NCBI GenBank assembly: GCA_046757025.1
Contig: JBHHXN010000083.1
Location: forward strand, 1 to 22,375
Direction: 5' to 3'
DNA length: 22,375 bases
DNA from: a bacterium
GTDB lineage: Bacteria; Zhuqueibacterota; Zhuqueibacteria; Oceanimicrobiales; Oceanimicrobiaceae
Part shown: positions 8,696-17,408 of the stretch, piece by piece
Numbering within the stretch: the stretch's first letter is position 1
How the letters are laid out: each line of letters begins with the position of its first letter
Notes under the pieces: model-generated
What the model saw: the letters and a program-made list of their open reading frames with translations, nothing else
Told to the model about the DNA's origin: nothing
The model's database searches: none
Position numbers and translations under genes: made by a program

Positions 8696-9259
8696 GTGAG
8701 CAGTGTAAAGAACAATAGCCTGAGTGATGAAGAAAATCTCTGGATACAAAACTACCTGAATACCCGAGACAAACAGTATTTGGGAAAACTTTACGAACGG
8801 TATAAACAAAAAATTTTTATGCGCTGCCTGCATTTGGTGAAGAATACGGAAGATGCAAAGGATTTAGCAAGCGAAGCTTTTATAAAGGCTTTCAATAATA
8901 TAGAAAAATTTAAATCCGGATCGCCGTTTTATCCCTGGCTTTCGCGTATCGCCGGCAATTTATGTATCGATCATTTACGGAAGCAGAGTCGATATCACTA
9001 TCAACAAATACTGGAAGAGCATGCTGTCATCGACCCCGATTCAAGAGAACAAACGGAAAATCAAAAAACTCTGAAAGAGAAAATTTGGCAAATTCTGCAA
9101 ATGCTTAAACCACCACAAAGACGATGTTTCAGTCTATTTTATATCCACCATCTTTCTTACGGTGACATCGCAGATTTAACAGGCTATCCCATGAATCAGG
9201 TACGATCCTATATTCAGAATGGCCGACGACGTTTCAAAATTCTCATGGAGAAGAAATGA
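8696..9259 (+). CDS. ECF-type sigma-70 factor
   Basis: 187 aa with region 2 'DAKDLASEAFIKAF...WLSRIAGNLCIDHLRK' and region 4 'LSYGDIADLTGYPMNQVRSYIQNGRRRFK'. GTG start follows AGGTAGG. Confidence 0.95.
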   Translation: MSSVKNNSLSDEENLWIQNYLNTRDKQYLGKLYERYKQKIFMRCLHLVKNTEDAKDLASEAFIKAFNNIEKFKSGSPFYPWLSRIAGNLCIDHLRKQSRYHYQQILEEHAVIDPDSREQTENQKTLKEKIWQILQMLKPPQRRCFSLFYIHHLSYGDIADLTGYPMNQVRSYIQNGRRRFKILMEKK

Positions 9260-10239
9260 CCAACGAACAAAACCACGATTCGAATTTCGTAGATAAATAT
9301 GAACGATGGCTGCGGGAATTGAAAAGCGACATTCTAAATTCCTGCCCAAATATCGAGGATTTTATGCAATATTTTGATAAAAAGCTCACAAGCGAGGAGC
9401 AGCAAATGTTAAAAGAACATCTGGATTTGTGTCCAACGTGTCTGGAAGCCTGGCAGCATTTGCAAGCGGCACAGCATGTGGATGAGGATGCCGTCGAGTT
9501 GCCTGAAAACTGGTCGGAAATCGAAAAATCCATGGATGAACGAGTTTACGCCCATTTAAAATCCAAGAATGGCGTCGTTACCTCGCAGGCAGCAAGCGCC
9601 CCTAAAACAAGAAGCCTCTTCGACCGAATTAAATCGTGGCTGGAATCGGTTTTGGATGAAAATTTACTCAAACCCCGGCTGGCTTACGTGGCCATTTTGC
9701 TTTGCGTTGGTGTCGGCGCCCTGTACGCGTATGCCTTTCTGGCGCGGCCGGATTATTATTCCATAGCTCTAATGCAAGCTGAACAAACCGGGTTTTTGCG
9801 GGGTGCAGATGTGCAATCTGAATCGCTGAGGCGTGGCCTGCAATATTTTGACCAGAAAAATTATACCGCAGCCAGAAAGGAGCTGAACGGTTTTTTGGAA
9901 AAGCAGCCAAACCATTATCAGGCCAACTTTGTTGCCGGCGTATCCTGTCTTTTTGAAGCCAAAAAACAGCTCCTGGGTCTATCTTACCAGTTTGACGAAG
10001 GAAAGGTAAAACTTGGGATGTCGTATCTGGAAAAGGCGTTATCCTTAGCAGACCGCAATTCCTTTTACCAGGAAGATTGTTTCTGGTATTTGGGCAAAGC
10101 TTATATAATGGCGGGGGATCTATTAACTGCGAAAAATTACTTTACAAAAATCGTACAACTTACCCAACCCAATTTGAATAGAAAAGACGATGCCTTGAGG
10201 ATGGTGCAGAGAATGACTGAATTGGCCTCAAAAGAGTAA
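9256..10239 (+). CDS. Putative anti-sigma factor: zf-HC2/ZAS zinc motif, single TM helix, extracytoplasmic TPR domain
   Basis: ATGA overlap with the sigma gene. 'CPNIEDF...EHLDLCPTC' gives C..HxxxCxxC; TM 'LAYVAILLCVGVGALYAYAFLA'; TPR-like 'GLQYFDQKNYTAARKEL' and 'CFWYLGKAYIMAGDLLTAKNYF'. Confidence 0.88.
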   Translation: MTNEQNHDSNFVDKYERWLRELKSDILNSCPNIEDFMQYFDKKLTSEEQQMLKEHLDLCPTCLEAWQHLQAAQHVDEDAVELPENWSEIEKSMDERVYAHLKSKNGVVTSQAASAPKTRSLFDRIKSWLESVLDENLLKPRLAYVAILLCVGVGALYAYAFLARPDYYSIALMQAEQTGFLRGADVQSESLRRGLQYFDQKNYTAARKELNGFLEKQPNHYQANFVAGVSCLFEAKKQLLGLSYQFDEGKVKLGMSYLEKALSLADRNSFYQEDCFWYLGKAYIMAGDLLTAKNYFTKIVQLTQPNLNRKDDALRMVQRMTELASKE

Positions 10240-10248
10240 CCCAGGGGG

Positions 10249-10278
10249 CTATCCCAAAAAGTGTCTTTGTGGGGATAC
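10249..10278. terminator. Imperfect hairpin between convergent genes (possible terminator or small palindromic element)
   Basis: TATCCCAAAAAG-TGT-CTTTGTGGGGATA lies just after the anti-sigma stop. There is no clear U-tract. Confidence 0.3.
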
Positions 10279-10340
10279 TGTGAGAACACATTCGAATCGG
10301 CTTCTTCTCAATAGAGGACGCTCATAACATCCATTACCTG

Positions 10341-13300
10341 TCATTTTATAACCACTTCCCTCCAGTCGCCAATCAGTACAAACGCGCCCCAGTAGAAGGG
10401 ATCCCGCCGCCAATCGTTCGCATGGATTAACTCGATCTTGGCTTTTTGTAGAGCGCGGTTTTTAGGCAGGCCGGCTTTAATATTGCGGTAAAAATATTTC
10501 ATCAGCTCCGCCGTGGATTCATCGTTTACCGGCCATAAACTCACCACCAGACTGGGCACTCCGGCATATTGAAAGGCGCGCGTCATGCCGATGAGCCCCT
10601 CGCCGCGACTGAGCTTACCCAATCCCGTATTACAGCCGCTTAGCACCACCAATTCGGCATGCAGGCGCAGGTTGTACACTTCATAGGTTTGAAGGTAGCC
10701 ATCTTCGCTTTGTTGTTCTGTCTGGGCCAAAATAATTTTCGAATACATGGGCTGTTTATCATCGCTAATGTTATGTGTAGCCAGATGAAGAAACCCGTAA
10801 TTCGGCGCGCGCGCTTTAAACGCCTTTTCCGATGCTTCCGCACCAGTCAGAATCAGTGGATTTTGAAAATTCTCCGCAATGGCTTTTACTTCAAGTTCTG
10901 CATGGGGCAGAGGCTCAAACTGACCGCCTCGCAAAACCGATTTAAAAGGCACCAGGGAGTTCACCCAATCCAAAATTCCCTCGCTCTGGTCGCGACTAAA
11001 TTCAGGATTGCCAAAGGCAAGTAGATTTTGGTTTTTTTGCCCAGGTATTTGCAGTTCCCGGCTCAGCAAGCTCGCGGAGGCAGCATAAGAAATAGCATGC
11101 TTTTCAACCAGATAATGTACTTCCTGTCGATTAAAATTGCTCACCAAAATTTCAAATGGGAAGTAGTGCAAAATGTCATCGGGAACAACAATTAACTCCG
11201 TGCCGGGCTTTAGAATTTCCGCCAACGGTTTTTGCATGAGCGTCTTATACAATTCATACAGCAGGTTGGGCCTGATGTTGGCCCAACGGTGATCGATTCG
11301 AATATCGGCGGGCGCCTTTTCTTTTAGGAATAGTGGACTGATTCGCGCCAACCTGTCTTCCAATTCTGCTCTGGTCAGGGCAATGGTCTGAAACTTCATT
11401 TCCTTCTTTGTCAGCGCCCAGATAAAGATGGATTTCTCTCCCACCAGGTACTCCAGCAGGACTTGACCGTCGGTCAGGATTTCTTGCTGCACCTGATCGG
11501 CAGTGAGTATTCTGGGATTAGTGAGCCGATAATATTTGGGATAGCGCTCTCTTATTTCCTTCAGGAGCTGCGCCTTTTCTCTTTGCAGCTTTTTGATTTC
11601 ATTATTAAGAGATCTTATCAATTCCCGGTTTTCTTTTTGCTCTTCCTTTGCTAACTCAATGGATAAATCTAAATGTTTCTGCTCGAGCTCTTTTTCATTT
11701 AACAAATATCTTTGCATAAAATCCGGCGGAATCTCGGCTAAATTATGGAAAATTCTTCCCTGATAAACGATGTCCAATAGAGTCCGGGCTTTCATCCGTT
11801 CCACATAGTGAAACGCCTCTGAATCATACCCTTTATCGGGATGTTGTTGATGCAGATCAGCTAAGAGGCCAATCAGGCTTGCGTAAACCGCCACTTTGTC
11901 TTTGATGTAACCCGCTTTTTCTTGCTCCAGCCTGAGCTTCCCTCTGATGCTTTCGATCGATTCGATAGCCAGCTTATATTTACCAACTGCCTCGAGACGG
12001 CGTCCCTGGTTTTGAAAAATCCTGGCTAATCCCGACTCTGCTTTCCAGACCAGCTCGATTTGGTTTAATTTTCTAGCGATGTTCAGGGCTTTTTCGTAAG
12101 CCAATTCGGCATTGGCATTCTCTTTCATGTCCAGATACAAACTCCCAATGCTCAACAAATTTTCCGCCTTCAAAGCTTCCTTAAAAAGCCGCATATTTAT
12201 ACTAAGAGCTTGTTGGTAAAATTCCAGCGCCTTTGGATACGCACCAAGTTTTTGATAAATCCCCCCTATTTTGCCCAGCAAGTTACTGACTTGATGCTCT
12301 TCTGTTTTGAGCTCCTCTACGATCTGAAGGGCTTGGTTATATTGATCGAGGGCTTCATCAAATTGACCCAGGTTCTTGAAAACATCTCCCATCACTATCG
12401 TATAATTGGTCTCAACATTTCTCCATCCCGAACCCTGCTCTTTAGCAATCGATATGGCATCTTTAAGCAGCGTGAGAGCCTTTTGTTCGTTACCAAGAAT
12501 TAATTGTACGCCTGCATTATTGCCATAACAGATTCCTGCCGAGCCTCGATTGCCAATTTCTTCATATAAATCCTGCGCCTGTTCATAGTACTCCAGCGCC
12601 ATGGAATAATCGCCAAGCTGAGCATACATAATTCCCATATAATTCAGATTGGAAGCCTGGCCAGGTTTTTTCCCTAATCGCTGCTCAATTGCATAGGCAC
12701 GTTTAGCTGCATCCAGGGCTTGTCGGTAATTGGAGCTGTACCAATAAATTCTGGTTAAATTATTGAGCGTATCGCTCTCTTTATCTTTATCTCCAATCTC
12801 TTGAGTCATTTTCAATGCATCATGCAAGTATTTCAGGGCGGTGGTTGGGTCACCCATTTTATTGGTGATAAATGCTTTTAATTTGATAAAGTCAATTTGA
12901 TTTTCACAGTCTCCTGTTTTTTCAGCCAGAGATAATCCTGAATTACATTCATTTAAAGCGTCATGATACTGCCCCAATTCATAGTAAGCCGACGATACCA
13001 GATAGCGCGCTTCCAGAAAGTCTGGTTGCAATGCGACCGCTTGTTTAGCTTCTTCCAATTCTCTGGCCCACTGAAACTGCAAGTCGTAAATGTAGGCCAA
13101 ACCATAATGCGCCGCGGCGACTTCAGGTTTGGCTTTCGAAACGTCCCCGATGGTCTGCTTTGCTTCTTCCATATCTCGATGAACACTCACGAAATCCGGG
13201 TAAGCGGCGTAATTCTCAAAATCCAGTTGAATCGCTCTCAGTATCTTGTTATAGGCTTGCTGATATTCCCTATTCTCTCGGTAAACTAACCCCAGCGCAT

Positions 13301-13604
13301 GGTGGGCATAAGGGTTTTTCGGTGAGCTTGCAATAACTTTTTCAAAAAAAGCGCTGGCGCTTTTCAGGTTGTTTTGGTATTTGTAAACTTCCACCAGTTT
13401 TAAATATGCCCGGACAAAGGATGAGTCGTCGGCAATAATTGCTTTTAAGCGCTGGATCGCTTCATCATATCGCTGTTGGCCGATTAAGTGTAGAGCATCC
13501 AAATAGGTGGGTTTGAATGGTTTTTGTACGGTTTGTGTATTCGATTGCAGAAATGACAAACAAACATTCAAAATAACCCATAAAAAGATAACCGTTCGTT
13601 TCAT
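10341..13604 (-). CDS. TPR-repeat CHAT-domain (caspase HetF-associated) protease with N-terminal signal peptide
   Basis: 1087 aa: hydrophobic N-terminus MKRTVIFLWVILNVCLSFLQS; many TPRs; 'EAFHYVERMKARTLLD'; coiled coil; CHAT motifs 'IVVPDDILHYFPFE', 'LHLATHN' (His codon 10773-10775), 'VVLSGCNTG' (Cys codon 10632-10634), 'GEGLIGMTRAF', 'SLWPVND', 'PFYWGAFVLIG'. Confidence 0.95.
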   Translation of the reverse strand: MKRTVIFLWVILNVCLSFLQSNTQTVQKPFKPTYLDALHLIGQQRYDEAIQRLKAIIADDSSFVRAYLKLVEVYKYQNNLKSASAFFEKVIASSPKNPYAHHALGLVYRENREYQQAYNKILRAIQLDFENYAAYPDFVSVHRDMEEAKQTIGDVSKAKPEVAAAHYGLAYIYDLQFQWARELEEAKQAVALQPDFLEARYLVSSAYYELGQYHDALNECNSGLSLAEKTGDCENQIDFIKLKAFITNKMGDPTTALKYLHDALKMTQEIGDKDKESDTLNNLTRIYWYSSNYRQALDAAKRAYAIEQRLGKKPGQASNLNYMGIMYAQLGDYSMALEYYEQAQDLYEEIGNRGSAGICYGNNAGVQLILGNEQKALTLLKDAISIAKEQGSGWRNVETNYTIVMGDVFKNLGQFDEALDQYNQALQIVEELKTEEHQVSNLLGKIGGIYQKLGAYPKALEFYQQALSINMRLFKEALKAENLLSIGSLYLDMKENANAELAYEKALNIARKLNQIELVWKAESGLARIFQNQGRRLEAVGKYKLAIESIESIRGKLRLEQEKAGYIKDKVAVYASLIGLLADLHQQHPDKGYDSEAFHYVERMKARTLLDIVYQGRIFHNLAEIPPDFMQRYLLNEKELEQKHLDLSIELAKEEQKENRELIRSLNNEIKKLQREKAQLLKEIRERYPKYYRLTNPRILTADQVQQEILTDGQVLLEYLVGEKSIFIWALTKKEMKFQTIALTRAELEDRLARISPLFLKEKAPADIRIDHRWANIRPNLLYELYKTLMQKPLAEILKPGTELIVVPDDILHYFPFEILVSNFNRQEVHYLVEKHAISYAASASLLSRELQIPGQKNQNLLAFGNPEFSRDQSEGILDWVNSLVPFKSVLRGGQFEPLPHAELEVKAIAENFQNPLILTGAEASEKAFKARAPNYGFLHLATHNISDDKQPMYSKIILAQTEQQSEDGYLQTYEVYNLRLHAELVVLSGCNTGLGKLSRGEGLIGMTRAFQYAGVPSLVVSLWPVNDESTAELMKYFYRNIKAGLPKNRALQKAKIELIHANDWRRDPFYWGAFVLIGDWREVVIK

Positions 13605-13819
13605 ATTTTACGCAAATAAAATAATGTAAAGATCTCCAAGAGTTCTGTTAATATAGCAATTTCTCCCACAGCCTGGATAATTTGAGGAAAAGCAATCCTG
13701 AAAATAAAGAATTATGAGCAATTAATAAGCTATCGAATAGTGCAATATAAATATTTATCTCGCAATTGTAAAATTAATTTTTCATTGACTGCAAATAAGT
13801 TATGCGATAATGAATACCG

Positions 13820-13864
13820 AAAAAAAAAAAACAGGAAAGCCCGTCAGTCAGGCTTTCCTGTTTT
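13820..13864. terminator. Intrinsic terminator, probably bidirectional and strongest on the minus strand
   Basis: Stem AAAACAGGAAAGCC (13828-13841) / GGCTTTCCTGTTTT (13851-13864). The A12 run at 13820-13831 gives the minus-strand U-tract. Confidence 0.88.
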
Positions 13865-13867
13865 AAG

Positions 13868-14359
13868 TAGTGTCTGACCGAAAAGTCCTTCGTTTATGAA
13901 GTGAGACCCAAAAAAAAATTGAAGCAGAAGCCACTTTTTTTAACTATCGGGAAAGGAATCGTTGGAATTCTGCATTTTCTCAGTTTCGTTTTTGTTTCAG
14001 GGCGTTTTGGACGCACGTCTCCATTGCTTTTTGCGATTAATCGTTTCTTAAGCCGCTTTCTTGTTCTTTGACAATTGTTCCCGTTCTTGTTCAATTAAAA
14101 CGTTTCCTAGTCTATGCAGATTATAGGCTAGAATGCCAAAGGCAGCATATTTCTTGAAGTTTGTCAAGCCTTTATCAGGACACCGGTTCAGGCCATGATG
14201 CTCTAAAGAATTGATATCCGATTCCACAGCCGCATGCGCGTTTCGCAGGGCTTTAAATTCCTTGGCATGCTCACGCTCATACTCCTCTTTATTCAGTCTA
14301 CCTTTCTTAGGCATGATGACACGGGGAATGATTTCACTGAGGGTTTTGTGATTCGTCGG
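13868..14359 (-). mobile_element. Truncated insertion sequence (IS5-like/ISNCY DDE type), right-hand part only
   Basis: Transposase C-terminal fragment plus a candidate terminal repeat TAGTGTCTGACCGAAAA at 13868-13884. The end assignment relies on recalled similarity to ends of this IS type. Confidence 0.7.
14048..14359 (-). pseudogene. DDE transposase C-terminal remnant
   Basis: 'PTNHKTLSEIIPRVIMPKKGRL...LRNAHAAVESDINSLEHHGLNRCPDKGLTNFKKYAAFGILAYNLHRLG'. The frame is bounded upstream by TAG at 14360-14362, and the N-terminal part is absent. Confidence 0.85.
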
Positions 14360-14763
14360 CTATTTAAACAATCTTTCACTATATTGATTATCACCTCAGG
14401 CTAACAGAATTTACACTCCAATATTTTCAACCTCCGGGTTTAAACCATCTCAAAAGTAGATGTACAAACCTCGTACCAAAAACACTGTTTTACAAAGTTT
14501 ACTCGTCTAACAGCCTGGTTTCAGGCTATTGAAATTTAAGAACTTAAAATAATTAGCAAAAATGAATTGTTATCATCAAATAGTCAGGCATTTTTATGAG
14601 TCATCTATGTCTCATTAGTCATTTCAAGACAACCCTAACTTGTATTTTATCAATAAAATAATCTAATGGAGGCAGAAGGCGGGAAATGAGACATGCAAGT
14701 CTCAAAAGGATTATGAAAAACTGGATATTGCATGATTTTTTTTCTTTCAAAAACTCATAAAAC

Positions 14764-14796
14764 AAAGCGTGGGCTCAGAAAATCCGCCCACGCTTT
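14764..14796 (-). terminator. Intrinsic terminator downstream of the 685-aa gene
   Basis: Perfect 11-bp stem AAAGCGTGGGC (14764-14774) / GCCCACGCTTT (14786-14796), 24 nt after the stop. The minus-strand tail reads TTTGTTTT. Confidence 0.85.
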
Positions 14797-14820
14797 CAAC
14801 GATTCAAACCGCATTGAAAT

Positions 14821-16878
14821 TTATTTTGTCAACAAAAGTTTCTTGTGTGCAACAAAATCATTTGCTTGGATACGAAACACATAAATCCCGCTCGCAACCC
14901 GCAAACCGCTTGCATCTTTACCATCCCATGCCAGGTTATGAACCCCGGCAGTAAATACACTCGAAGCGAGAGTACGAATCAATTGTCCGCGCAAATTGTA
15001 AATCGCAAGAGTGACTTCACCAGCTTCAGGAAGTGCAAAGGTAATTGTTGTTGAGGGATTGAACGGATTCGGGTAATTCTGTTTCAAAGTAAAATCTACA
15101 GGAATGTTCAGCTCAGACTGAAATACTTCCGCATCCGCTGTGGACTTCGGCAGCGCATCTTTTAAAGCCGTAAACGCATATTGCCAGGCGCGCCGGAATC
15201 TGTCAATGCCTTTGTCAAATTTATCCGCATCGATTTCATTCTGAGCTTTGTCCATTTCTTTCTCTGCATCTGCTATTTTTTTAGGATTCGCAGAAGCGGC
15301 AACAGCCTCGTCAATCGCGGTTTGAGCTAAAGTTCTATCCGTCTCAACCAACGCGTCAATAGCGTCGGTTACGGCCGCTGGCGGATCGTCAATTTTCATG
15401 AGATATTTGACCGCACTCTTTTCCTTCTTAAATACTTTCCCGCCTTTTTTGGTCAGATGTGAGTCATCCTGCCAATATTTTCCAACAAGACTGGCTTTTA
15501 GATTTTTGATGGCTTTTTTGATGCATTTGTCGGTCTTTTTGTCGCCAGTTGGCAGCAATGATGAGAGATCAGCGATCACATCCTCTTTTGTGTTTCTGGG
15601 ACCGGAAGGAGCTGGTTCGCTGCTTTCATAAGCGCCCATATCGGGATTGGTTGGAGCGGGTCTCGGTCTGGAATTTTTTTCAAGATCATCTGAAACACCC
15701 AAATCTGTGCCGGCAGCAATGGCAGGGCTGGTTGTTTGCAAGTGCAAATCTTCACTGCCTGGCGTGGTGTTTACAAATAATGGATCGGAGCCAGTGATTG
15801 TGTTTGCTCCATAGGTGAAAGAACCACTGAAATTATAAACCAGATTATAATCTTCGCCTGGCAAAGAAGTAACGGTGGTTTCAAACACGGGATTGGATCC
15901 ATTGGCATAGAAAATATTGTTTTTAATCACAATATCTGCAGAGGTAACTTTTGTGCGCACTTCACCATTGCCGCCAAATTCCTGATCATTATTAAAGAAG
16001 GAATTGTGGCGGATGGTGATAGTGGCACAGCCATTGTCAATGTAAACTCCTTGCTGCATATTGTTCATTATGACATTGTTTTCGATTAAAATATTTGATG
16101 CTCCGATGAGACGAACGGCTTCCTGGCTGTTTGTGCCATTCATAATATTTCGGCGAATTGTAAAATCGCTGATCGTTTTTCCTGACTGTTTGTTCAATGT
16201 AATCTGCCGATAGTTATTTTCGAAGGTATTGTCCTGAATGGTCACATCAGAATAAGAGGCATCCGTAAAATCGAGGACTTCATCTCCGTTGCCCGTGTTG
16301 ACGTCTTTAAAATGATTATTTTCGATCATTGCAGTTGTCATGTCCGTGTTGAAGTCGATACCATCTTCACCACCCTCGAAGGTACTGTTTTTCAAAGTGA
16401 GATCGTCGGAATCAAAAACATGCCAGTTGTCAAATTGCGCCACGGTCTGGTCGGAATCGATGTTGTCGACTATCAAATGGTCGCAATTATCGACTGAGAT
16501 GGAAACGATATTTGCTTCTACAGAAGTGACCGGCTTAACTTTCGGATTGTGTCCGGACACAGCCTGAACCGTAAGGTAATCCAAATCTTTGATCAGAATG
16601 GCTGTAGCGAAGCCAATGCGATTGCTCTGTCCAGTGATTCTATAGGTTCCGTCTTTGACATTAATTACCGACTGCGTTGTCGCCGTACCGCTGGTAGAGT
16701 TGTCAATTGCGAACTGTAAAGTTGCATAAGCCGTTGCTTCGGTGTTGCCATCATTGGCGTCTGAGCCGCCTGCTTGATCAACCCATTTCGTGGTCTGTGC
16801 AAAATTTGAAGTAACACAAACTCCTATCAAAAATATCATACACAAACATAATACAACAATAAATCTTTGTTTTTTCAT
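14821..16878 (-). CDS. Secreted right-handed parallel beta-helix (pectin-lyase-like fold) protein with helical domain and C-terminal sorting domain
   Basis: Signal peptide ending FA|Q; 'WVDQAGGSDANDG...AYATLQFAID...INVKDGTY'; repeated 'IxNNxF' rungs; 'DPLFVN...DLHLQTTSPAIAAG...PDMGAYE'; Lys/Ala-rich helical region; 'LKQNYPNPFNPST...WDGKD...ASGIYVFRI'. Confidence 0.9.
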   Translation of the reverse strand: MKKQRFIVVLCLCMIFLIGVCVTSNFAQTTKWVDQAGGSDANDGNTEATAYATLQFAIDNSTSGTATTQSVINVKDGTYRITGQSNRIGFATAILIKDLDYLTVQAVSGHNPKVKPVTSVEANIVSISVDNCDHLIVDNIDSDQTVAQFDNWHVFDSDDLTLKNSTFEGGEDGIDFNTDMTTAMIENNHFKDVNTGNGDEVLDFTDASYSDVTIQDNTFENNYRQITLNKQSGKTISDFTIRRNIMNGTNSQEAVRLIGASNILIENNVIMNNMQQGVYIDNGCATITIRHNSFFNNDQEFGGNGEVRTKVTSADIVIKNNIFYANGSNPVFETTVTSLPGEDYNLVYNFSGSFTYGANTITGSDPLFVNTTPGSEDLHLQTTSPAIAAGTDLGVSDDLEKNSRPRPAPTNPDMGAYESSEPAPSGPRNTKEDVIADLSSLLPTGDKKTDKCIKKAIKNLKASLVGKYWQDDSHLTKKGGKVFKKEKSAVKYLMKIDDPPAAVTDAIDALVETDRTLAQTAIDEAVAASANPKKIADAEKEMDKAQNEIDADKFDKGIDRFRRAWQYAFTALKDALPKSTADAEVFQSELNIPVDFTLKQNYPNPFNPSTTITFALPEAGEVTLAIYNLRGQLIRTLASSVFTAGVHNLAWDGKDASGLRVASGIYVFRIQANDFVAHKKLLLTK

Positions 16879-17111
16879 TTTACTTTCTACACTTAATTGG
16901 TTATTCTTTTAATTGAATTTTAAAAAAGTGATTCTAATCGGCTTGCCAAAGATGCATGATCATCACCTCCCTGATATCCAAAAAATTTGAGAAAACTAAA
17001 CACAACATATTTAACCAAAACAATATAGTTTCTATTGAAATGTGATCTAATAGTTACTCGGACAGTACAACTGGGGGAAGCAAAATAATATAAAGGATAA
17101 TCGGACACAGT

Positions 17112-17131
17112 TTGTTTGATCGATCAAACAA
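17112..17131. promoter_or_regulatory. Perfect 20-bp palindrome, candidate operator
   Basis: TTGTTTGATCGATCAAACAA is self-complementary with no spacer, and lies about 235 bp upstream of the 16878 start. Confidence 0.5.
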
Positions 17132-17408
17132 GTACAATCCACAATAGAGGGTAGCGAAATCTCTTCTTCATCGACCTGTTCAGCAGGCTAATCCACATTA
17201 GTCTTCCTCGAGGCTTTTAGTCTGTTCAATTTAATGAAACAGGTTCTGGTTGTAAGCTCAAACTGGAAAACTCCCCACAATTTATTTCGTTACATTTTAG
17301 AAAAGAACGTTTAGGATATTTCAAACAATCATGTAATACGGATTATAGATAACTTTCTGTAAATATAATTTATTCTTTCTCATCAGCTTACATTTTTTGA
17401 GTCGGCAC

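Noticed and set aside
8696..13604. Type III-E CRISPR (Craspase) locus
   Set aside because: There are no cas genes or repeat-spacer array in the window, and the CHAT protein appears to be exported. The link is an analogy only.
13820..13831. A12 tract as a phase-variation site
   Set aside because: It is explained as the terminator U-tract and lies more than 200 bp from the CHAT start.
1234..16903. Shared TAACCAATT 14-16 nt upstream of two start codons (1219 and 16878)
   Set aside because: It is a 9-mer in AT-rich DNA that I did not see before the other genes, so it cannot be told from chance.
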